NCBI GenBank assembly: GCA_964016885.1
Contig: OZ024743.1
Location: 39,618,001 to 39,682,000 of the forward strand
Direction: 5' to 3'
DNA: 64,000 nucleotides
DNA from: Eledone cirrhosa
Taxonomy: Eukaryota
Each line of letters begins with the position of its first letter. Within the stretch, counting starts at the first letter, position 1. A model generated the notes under the pieces. The model was not told where the DNA came from, ran no database searches, and saw only the letters and a list, made by a program, of their open reading frames with translations. Shown here piece after piece: positions 54,514 through 64,000 of the stretch. A program made the translations under genes and the position numbers.

Positions 54514-54668
54514 TCCTGTGTCAGTGTTGAGCAAAAAGGTGACGTGGTTGCCTTAACACCGTACGGCATAAATTCAGGGTGTTCAGTTTGTTTACAAACG
54601 AACAAAGCAGGCGCTATAATAAGCGTCCGCTAAACTGATACGTACATATATGTATGTGTACCTGTATG

Positions 54669-54736
<68 letters not shown>

Positions 54737-55568
54737 TGCTACTGTACGTCTGTATACATATATGCATGTACGTATACATACAAACTTACATTTAAGTAAG
54801 TGCCGTACTAAGAGTGAGAAATGAAATTTTGTTTTCATTATTACAACATATAAGTATACCTATCAATTAATTTAATTTCTTGTTATAGATCTAAATTCCT
54901 TGTGTTTTAAATAAGATTGGTATTTCTCACTAACACCTTTACCCTAAAATGTTATTCTTCTTCGGCTTTAATATTAACATTATTCTTTAATAGCATCAAA
55001 TTTTCGTGTACCCTTCACCAACTTGACCTCTTTTTATCCCCAAAGTATCCTTTTCATTCAAAGTATTCTTTCCATTCAAAACTTAAGTCTGCATTCCTCT
55101 ACCCCTAAATTAAATTTCTACTACCACTATTCTATCAACTTGACCACTTACTACTTTTCTATTGGTCAATTCAAAACCTGCTCCCAAACAGACCTATTAT
55201 ATTAAATCTTTGTTGGTTTTTTCAATAAACAAATATCATTGTTTCTGAAGACAGCATATATATTTGAAGATATGTATATTTCCTCTGATAGTTTGTAAAC
55301 TATTTTCACATAGATCTATATGATATACATACCAACACACATATATATCCTAGAAACGATCGTAAAATTTTGAATTTTTTAATATAAGGAACTTGTTCTT
55401 TGTTTTTATTCATTGTTTTTATTAATTTATTTTGACTCTGTTTTCCTGGGATTTTCAACGAACATTTTTGAATGCATCTTCTCTTTTCATGATATTTGGA
55501 TTACATTAAGTTCTTCATACGGATTGGACACTACCGTATATTTTGGTAGATATTACTACACACATCTT

Positions 55569-55651
<83 letters not shown>

Positions 55652-56299
55652 TTGTGCTGGTGTTAATATATATGTATATATACATACATACATCTACCTA
55701 TAAAATCACATAGCTGCACTTTAATGGTATACGGTGGCACTATTCAAAATATATACTTGTCTAATTCTTATATAGAAGGTACATATTCAACATGCAGTTA
55801 CTTTTCTGCACTACCTACGTAAACTTCACCATGGATTGATAATTGTTGCACTCGTTCAAGCAAGCTCTGAAGTTAGAACTTATGGAGACCGTGTAATTTA
55901 TTTTTTAAATGATAAATTCTGTTTTCGTGCGCTGCATCTATTCTGGCACGTTGCTTTCTCTAGTATCTCGTGACACTCACTTGACCTATTTCATCTATTC
56001 AGAACTGAACTTATTGATTTTCTAGGCAGTGTCTCTGAAACAATATGCAAGACACTTATTCACGTTGTTTTCCGTCTTTCTCTGTGATCCCGTCTTCTAA
56101 CTATAATGTACGCTATACAATCTTGCGTGGGAAATAACATTTTCCACACCCCTTCATTATACTATGAGTTCACTCGTTCTATCCGCAAGAAAAACCTATC
56201 CAACGAGGATGAATGTCGAATGGGTTTTAGAATACGTAACGTATACAATGCACTATCCATCTTCCTCCATGCCGATAATATCAATTACAAACCGTAACA

Positions 56300-56583
56300 T
56301 GTGTTTATAACTAGCGATCACTTGCAAAACAAAGGTTCGATTTTCTGGAGTTCGCAACCGATTTTCACAAAAATTGACACATGGGCTACGTTTGACCTAC
56401 AGATGAATGTGAACTCTCAGAATTGGCACATATTGAGTAGGGGACCCTTGGGGACAGGAACCCTTTTTGGAAAAAGCCGATCATTTTGTAAAAGTATTGT
56501 TCTCGAAGTAGCACAGAAGTATTGTCATAAATGGTATACACAACTGCTATTTAGTACCCGAGCAACGCCGGGTACCTCTGCTA

Positions 56584-56584
<1 letters not shown>
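56300..56584 (+). mobile_element. Non-autonomous Helitron 3' end (5' boundary uncertain)
   Basis: Subterminal hairpin GTACCCG-AGCAACGC-CGGGTAC (56554-56575), then CTCTG-CTAG followed by T; upstream ACCGATTTTCACAAAAATTG motif. Confidence 0.65.
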
Positions 56585-56656
<72 letters not shown>

Positions 56657-56669
56657 TAGCAGAGGTAGT

Positions 56670-56784
<115 letters not shown>

Positions 56785-56801
56785 TCTCTATATATATATA
56801 C

Positions 56802-57064
56802 ATTACAGAAAAATGAGAATCAGTGTTGCGACGAAAGGAAATTATTGGACATATTACAATTGTTTCTCGGGCGCCCACCTCGAAGCACGATCGATATGGT
56901 GATCAAATCTGGCTCTGAAATGACTCACATCCGACGACTGAGTGATTTCCGAGTGAGGTTTGATCACCATATGAATTGTGCCTCGAGCTGGTCGCCCGAG
57001 AAACAATTGTAATACGTCCAATTAATTCATTTCGTCGCGACATTGATTCTCATTTTTCTGTAAT
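56802..57064. mobile_element. ~260-bp imperfect full-length palindrome (MITE/foldback)
   Basis: ATTACAGAAAAATGAGAATCA...TGATTCTCATTTTTCTGTAAT ends; internal ATATGGTGATCAAA/TTTGATCACCATAT and ACTCA/TGAGT. Confidence 0.85.
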
Positions 57065-57139
57065 ATCATACTCTGCTCGACGCGCGCATGAAGTGGTCAT
57101 ACGGCCTACCGCATACGGATGCTTTATGCATCCAACACC

Positions 57140-57184
<45 letters not shown>

Positions 57185-57188
57185 TATA

Positions 57189-57330
<142 letters not shown>

Positions 57331-57756
57331 TATATAATGTAGGAGGTGAATGTTATTGTAGTACGATAAAGCAATGCAGATATCGGATATCAATATACAA
57401 ATCTTAATTTGATATTATCCTTAATTTTTTTCTCTCCATCAATTTTCAAATTCTTTTAAATTATATATTATCTTCCAATGGCTTTTTAACCTCTCTCTGT
57501 GACACAATATATATTTTTTCTCAGTTATAAAGGCTATCTCTCTCCTTCTATCACCCATCTCTCCTCCTATCTCATCCTTCCTTATTATACTCCTCCCCCA
57601 CCATTCTTTACTCTCATCTCCTCCTCTTGTTCATCCTTTCCACCCACCCCCTCATTGTTTTCCCAATATCACACATCAATCTTAAATTACTTCTCATATG
57701 TTGATTTAAAACTTCACTATTCACAAGTGTTTTTTAACCTTCATATCATGTATCCC

Positions 57757-57827
57757 TATTTTATCTGACGAAAACGCAAATACCATCTCATGATGATATT
57801 TGTTTTTGAAATGCGCATAATAAAATA
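57757..57827 (+). ncRNA. Type I hammerhead ribozyme in element 57335-57865
   Basis: TATTTTAT CTGACGA AAACGCAAATA...TATTTGTTTTT GAAA TGCGCA TA ATAAAATA. Confidence 0.85.
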
Positions 57828-57862
57828 CATGGAACTCTTTTAACCATGGTTTGACCTTATAT

Positions 57863-57894
<32 letters not shown>

Positions 57895-57976
57895 TATAAA
57901 TATATATTTATATATATATATATATATATATTTAAGAAAGTAAAACAAAGAAGCCTTCAATACATCAAAAGTATTT

Positions 57977-58020
57977 ATTAGCCGACAATGTTTCGTCCTA
58001 TTAAGGACTCATCAGGCAAT
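57977..58020 (-). ncRNA. Minimal hammerhead in a ~200-bp island between (TA)n tracts
   Basis: rc: ATTGC CTGATGA GTCCT-TAAT-AGGAC GAAA CATTG TC GGCTAAT; stem I register is off by one nt. Confidence 0.7.
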
Positions 58021-58131
58021 TAAAACAACAAGAAGTAATGTCGGCAGATACAAGCCGGAAGCTCCGAAGAGTATGGAGTGTACTATAATACGAAGAGGGT
58101 GTTTAACTCCAACACGCTCCAGTATTTTAAC

Positions 58132-58215
<84 letters not shown>

Positions 58216-58480
58216 GTGGCATGTATGGAAGCGCTACGTATGCCTACATCTAACAATCGGGTTGGTTAATGAAGAACATATTCTTGTGTCACATATAAAA
58301 AGAGGGTACAAGCCCTAAAATATCCTGTTGAAATATACAGGCTAACAGGATTACTGTGTTTCATTTTATTTGCCATACTTTAACATTCAAATTTGGCAAC
58401 ATGACCCTCCCAAAGTATAACAATATCGGTTTCAACACACGATTTTAGATAAAGAATCTTGCTAAACAAATTCAGAAACG

Positions 58481-59056
<576 letters not shown>

Positions 59057-59113
59057 AATTATCTCCAAATTATTTGTCGAGCAATATTGGCCAAGACTGC
59101 TGCTATGGTAGCA

Positions 59114-59159
<46 letters not shown>

Positions 59160-59165
<6 letters not shown>

Positions 59166-60684
59166 AGAGTATTGACACAAGAGTTGTCATATATTAGTAA
59201 AAAGGAAAAGAAAATGCTGACAAATGTTTCCCAGTGAAAAATAGTTTAATTACGAATAAGTATAAATTAGTAATAAGTCTTAGTTAGTATTCAGTTTTAG
59301 TTTTAAGTTTTTCCCGGTTAGGCATTTCTTATGCTTTTCAAAAATAATTTTGAGATACAGTGCTCGTGATTTTTGCTCTAATCAGTTTTGGAAATTCTTC
59401 CTGTTTTATGTGAAAAAAGTGGCTTGGGAGGTATTAAGATTTGGTTAGTTGTTTGATGTCACGTGGTTAAGCTCTATAAATTTCGCGCAATTCGTGTTGC
59501 AAAAATTCTTGTAGTCAAAACAATTTTGATAGGTCGGTAGAAGTCACGTGAATGTTTAAATTGATTTTAGCGCGAACTGGTTTCGCGCCAAATGTAGGTT
59601 TGTCGAAGAGTGTCCCTTTCCGCTTGATTGAGTTGCAGTCATGTTGAGAAGTCAACAATTCACATGTCTATTAAGAAAATATGTGTGTGTGTATTTACTT
59701 TTACTTTTTTATTTTTGACAGATAAACATTTTCGTTTGATTAATTTAGTGATGATGATAGTTTTTATGTGGTGATAAATAGATGTGTAGATTCGTTATTT
59801 AAGTGATCTATACTAAAGGTAGGGATTGGTAGTTCGAAACGTGGGGGTTTAGTTTTCACAAAATCAATAACAAATCGTGTATAAATACCAGAAGGTAGTA
59901 AAGTACTAAAATGTGCATGGCAGGTATATAGAACATGATGAATAATATTAGGGCTGTATTGAGATATTCATAATAATAATAATAAGAATAATAATAATAA
60001 TAATAGGAAAGTGAGATTCCAAGGGGTGTAGGAGTAATACAATAATGTACTAATGAACTTAGAATTAGGTTCATCTGTTACAGATCGTGAGTGCTAATGA
60101 GAGATATAAATCCTTGGTCCGAAGTAGTGGGAAACAGCAAATGTAGGATTGATTTATGGGCTGATAAGATAGTTATAGACATCTTCCAATGGGATAGAAT
60201 TATGGAGGCTATAAGGTATTTCTAGAAGATTATAGCTCTGTATGGGGCTGTGTGAGAAGGTGGATTTCATATGTTAAAATCTAAGTGGTAATCGTTCGAA
60301 TCACGGTGGTTTAAATCTTGCGAATTTTGTAGCAATTCTATGTCTGCAGAAAATTGACCTTTCCATTCTGCTGTTGAGTAACATTTTATCATTCTTTAAG
60401 ATATGCAGCAATTCAATATTGCTGCGCCCGCAGTAGGACATACCGCTGCTATATGTCTTTGCGGTCGCCAATTTCGATGGGCTAATATTATATTCAAGGT
60501 TTTTGTCCTTAAGTTGCCAGATTTTATTGGCTAGGGTTCTAGAATGTATCAGTGCACAGTTCTTCGTTGAATGTCTGTGTACATAACATCTTTTTTTAAA
60601 AGCACCCGCGGTGGATCCAATGTCGTGCCAAGTGGACTTGCCAGAGTTGATAGTTTCTGCAGACATGGGATTGTTACAAATCAC
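59160..60684 (-). mobile_element. 3' fragment of a Hydra-like PLE (endonuclease end, ORF 60301-60684, plus long 3' UTR)
   Basis: WHDIGST...FKKR..VHRHS...TLANKIWQLK...LLNSRMERSIFCRHR, similar to the C-terminus of the 775-aa ORF; extent of the UTR is inferred. Confidence 0.7.
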
Positions 60685-60796
60685 ACGAGATTAAAACAAC
60701 TGTGATTCGAAATCAGGCGTATAGCGAACTCTAGACCTGCCAGATCAAATATAGCGAACCATGACAATCTTCTTTCTTGAATTATATATATATATA

Positions 60797-60903
60797 TAAA
60801 CGGAAAAAATGAAACGAAATTTCATTTCTCACTCTTAGTACGGCTGTTACTTAAATATAAGTATGTATACGTACATACATATATGTATACAGACGTACAG
60901 TAG

Positions 60904-60959
<56 letters not shown>

Positions 60960-61060
60960 CATGCGCCGTACAGTGTCTAACAACCATCGTTGCTCATTTG
61001 AGCAGCGATGGTTGCTAGACACTGTACGTCTGTATACATATATGTATGTACGTATACATA

Positions 61061-61070
<10 letters not shown>
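60797..61070. mobile_element. Short, internally inverted fragment of the 49338/53535 retrozyme family (no HHR retained)
   Basis: Starts AAACGGAAAAAATGAAACGAAATTTCATTT like the array units; local hairpin around AACCATCGTTGCTC...GAGCAGCGATGGTT. Confidence 0.75.
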
Positions 61071-61154
<84 letters not shown>

Positions 61155-61281
61155 AAAGTTATATTTAAATTGTTGGAATACAACAAGCAAATATGTTTAT
61201 AACTGATATAAAGCACTCAACAAGTATTTGGAGTAAACATACGATATTAACAAATGGAAACTATATTTATAAAACCATATT

Positions 61282-61346
61282 TATTTCATTATACATATTT
61301 CAAGGACACCAAGTTAAATTATGGTGTGCTTTCATCAGACAAAATA
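61282..61346 (-). ncRNA. Type I hammerhead ribozyme (probably the inverted 3' end of the adjacent PLE)
   Basis: rc: TATTTTGT CTGATGA AAGCACACCA-TAATTTAACT-TGGTGTCCTT GAAA TATGTA TA ATGAAATA. Confidence 0.85.
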
Positions 61347-61430
61347 TAATATAGATCATCTATTACTCCTAATCTACTGAATAAGGCACTAACTTACGCA
61401 TTTAAACATACAGACATAACTAGCAATGAA

Positions 61431-62600
61431 ATGCACATAATATTATCGGCACGGAAAACATTAATGGAATTGAATAAACAACTCTGGACTAGGGCAGATA
61501 GAAATAATAATTTCGACATAACTATGGGTTCTTCCGACTCCGCTCAGGTAACGAATCTTGTGGGCCTATTTATAATTAATTCTCTACATAGAAAAATACC
61601 TGAGATAACCGGAGGTCTATATCGTGACGACATACATATACTTATAGAAAATAATAACTGTGAACTAAATAGAAAAAGAAAGCAAATTATACAATTTTTT
61701 AATTACCTTAATCTAAAAGTAGAAATAGAGAATAACCAAAAAATAGTCAATTTTCTAGATGTAACACTAAATCTTAACACATGTCTTCATTATCCATTTC
61801 ACAAGCTAAATGAGAACTTAAATTATGTCAATTTTAACTCTAATCACCCCAGATCCATTAAAAATACTGTAGTGAACTCTGTACAAGAACGAATTTCGAG
61901 AATTTCAGCTAATAAGAATATATTTGATGAAAAAGCACATTATTACAGCGAAGCGTTAGGTAGAGCTGGGTATAGAAATAAAATTAAATACATCGATAAT
62001 AATAATAATATAACAACTAACCATAATCGTAACAATTTTAACTATGGTAACAATTTTAACAACTATAATAGAAAACCTTACATTAATTCCGAAAGCCGAA
62101 AAAGAAATAGAACTAGGAACATATTATGGTTCGCTCCTCCTTTCTCATTAAATATCAAAACCCCTATTGCTAAATTATTTTTTAAAGCTCTTGACAAATG
62201 CTTCCCTAGAACACATAGATATTACTCAATTTTTAATAGACATACTATAAAATTAACTTATTCTTCCACCAAAAATTTAGCGCAAAATATTAATAGAATT
62301 AATAATAGAAATTTAAAACCTAACCAACATACCAATAATAACCCAAACAATATTCAATCTGATAAATTTAACTGTAGAAATAAATCTAACTGCCCGTTAA
62401 ATAACAATTGCTTAGCTAAAAATGTAGTATATAATTGTAATGTAAAAACTAATTCAAATTCATTTAATTATGTGGGTTCTACCTCCCCAGAGTTTAAATC
62501 CCGCTTCAATAATCATAAAAAATATTTTACAGATCCAAACAAAAAATCTTCAACTTCTCTATCTAGCCTATTATGGGACCTAAAACTAGAGAACGTTTAA
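61431..62600 (+). pseudogene. 5'-truncated Hydra-like PLE RT-GIY-YIG; premature stop at 62600, homology spans ~61355-62790
   Basis: IILSARKT, FDITMGSSDSAQV, GGLYRDD, NFLDVTLNL, NHP, WFAPPF, NCRNKSNCPLNNNCL, NVVY...YVGSTS. Confidence 0.9.
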
Positions 62601-63627
62601 TATTCGTTGATTTGGAATATTATTTCAAAAGCTACTCCTTTTAACTCCTCTTCAGAAAATTGCGATCTTTGTATAGAGGAATATTCTTTATATTAAAGAC
62701 CAAAAATTCCCTGTACTTAAGGAATAATTTATTCAGTTGCTGCAGACACAGATTAAACTCAACGTTTAAATATAAATATACATTTAAAATGTAATATATA
62801 ATTAATTAATTAATTATATTAATATATGAAACCTGTCGATAAATCATTAGATTCCTTCATCTTTTTTGACTGATTAAACACTCAAGTATAAATAACTTTT
62901 CTTCCTAAATATAAATAAATATAAATATAATAAACTATTCTAGAGAAATATATTGAGAGCTCTTCAAAGGAGAAAATATTTCCTATTTCTTATTTTTATT
63001 TTTATTGTTTTTTTTTTATTTTTTTGTTTTTTTTTTGTTTTTTGTTTTTTATTGTTTTTTTATTGTTTTCTCATTGTTCTGATAGCTTCTCCTATTTTCG
63101 AAAGTTTATCTTTTCAATATTTTGAGTTAAATATACGTAAGATAAATGTCTATACTAAATCTATTAAACATATATTATTTTGAAATTATAACTTAAAATA
63201 TTCTATAATATTTTTAAATTGTAATGTTTTTAAAGTTATATTGCTATAATTATATTTCCAAATTGTAATATAATCCTTTTGTATTTTATGTACTCAATTA
63301 TACTATGTACTGTATTGATGTATACTTCTCTCTATATGTGACTATATATGTATATGTGTATATTGACATACATGTACATATGTTCTATGCGTTTTTATGA
63401 ATATATGTCTGCCTGTATGTATATGTATGCGTGATGCGTGTCTACCTATTGGCTGAGGGTACACACGCATGTATATATATGTATATGTGAGAATGATATA
63501 TGTGCATGTGCGAGTATATCCATACAATTTGATTGCACTTATGTATAGTGTTTATCCCAATGATTCCTGACAGATAGACATATAATTTACAGTCATAAAT
63601 ACATAAGAGGTAATCTTATTTAATAAC

Positions 63628-63823
63628 TGTTTCTACGTTTGGCACAAGGCCAGAAATTACCCAGAGCATTACTGGTACTTTATTTTATCGACCCCGTAAG
63701 GATGAAAGCCAAAGTTAACCTCGGCGGGATTTGAACTCAGAATGGCATGGCCGTAACTCTATACGTCAAAGCATAGCGTCCGACCCTCTACCGATACTGC
63801 CAATCCACCGCCCTTATTTAACC
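63628..63823 (-). mobile_element. Full-length tRNA-derived SINE with 18-bp TSD GTAATCTTATTTAATAAC
   Basis: rc A-box-like TGGCAGTATCGG and B-box GAGTTCAAATCCC; TSD at 63610-63627 and 63824-63841. Confidence 0.88.
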
Positions 63824-64000
63824 GTAATCTTATTTAATAACATAAAGTGTGTATAACATTAAATTAAAGAATCCATTATGCTTTGTGTGTATATATTATA
63901 TACGTAGTTAGATATGGTATGTATTTTATAAGTGTGTATATATATTTATATGTATTTTTCCGTGTGTATACGTGTTATATGATATGTAGTTCTCTAGCAA

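Larger units (their letters stand above)
53535..54846 (+). mobile_element. Second retrozyme-like insertion (one inverted unit + ~1.9 tandem units, 446-bp period), 12-bp TSD CATATAAGTATA
   Basis: TSD at 53523-53534 and 54847-54858; empty site in the mirror arm ~52090-52110; homologous to the 49338-50893 unit. Confidence 0.88.
51527..55432. mobile_element. 5'-inverted PLE remnant (51527-52445 is the rc of 53180-53534 plus 54847-55432) with nested retrozyme insertion
   Basis: Reverse-complement arms; endonuclease fragment in the spacer. Confidence 0.82.

Noticed and set aside
55239-55302. CTGAAGA-containing HHR candidate (mirror at ~51650-51715)
   Set aside because: GAAA is replaced in both arms and stems are ambiguous; at best a decayed remnant

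Overview
AT-rich, (TA)n-saturated, gene-free eukaryotic window, very probably from an octopod cephalopod because it carries several copies of the octopus OK/OR-type tRNA-derived SINE. No host exon can be supported. Almost all non-microsatellite DNA is retroelement-derived. (1) An ~8.7-kb near-perfect palindrome centred on nt 27138 holds two intact, identical 775-aa Penelope-like element (PLE) ORFs (RT plus C-terminal GIY-YIG endonuclease, Hydra-clade-like), each in a partial-tandem pseudo-LTR arrangement with a 3178-bp period. (2) There are at least six further decayed PLE copies from several families, mostly with 5' inversions. (3) There is a 5'-truncated RTE LINE, a Helitron 3' end and MITE-like foldbacks. 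The signal the ORF track misses is RNA: reading both strands by eye gives roughly 30 type-I hammerhead ribozyme (HHR) motifs (CUGANGA...GAAA...UH with pairing stems) from more than ten distinct sequence families. Several have unusually long or branched stem II, including the one in the intact PLE. One family is a ~430-450-bp non-coding HHR tandem unit (retrozyme-like) that inserted twice, with 12-bp TSDs, into PLE 3' UTRs. The window looks like an ecosystem of autonomous PLEs and non-autonomous ribozyme retroelements nesting in (TA)n tracts. All folds were assigned manually and are not validated.
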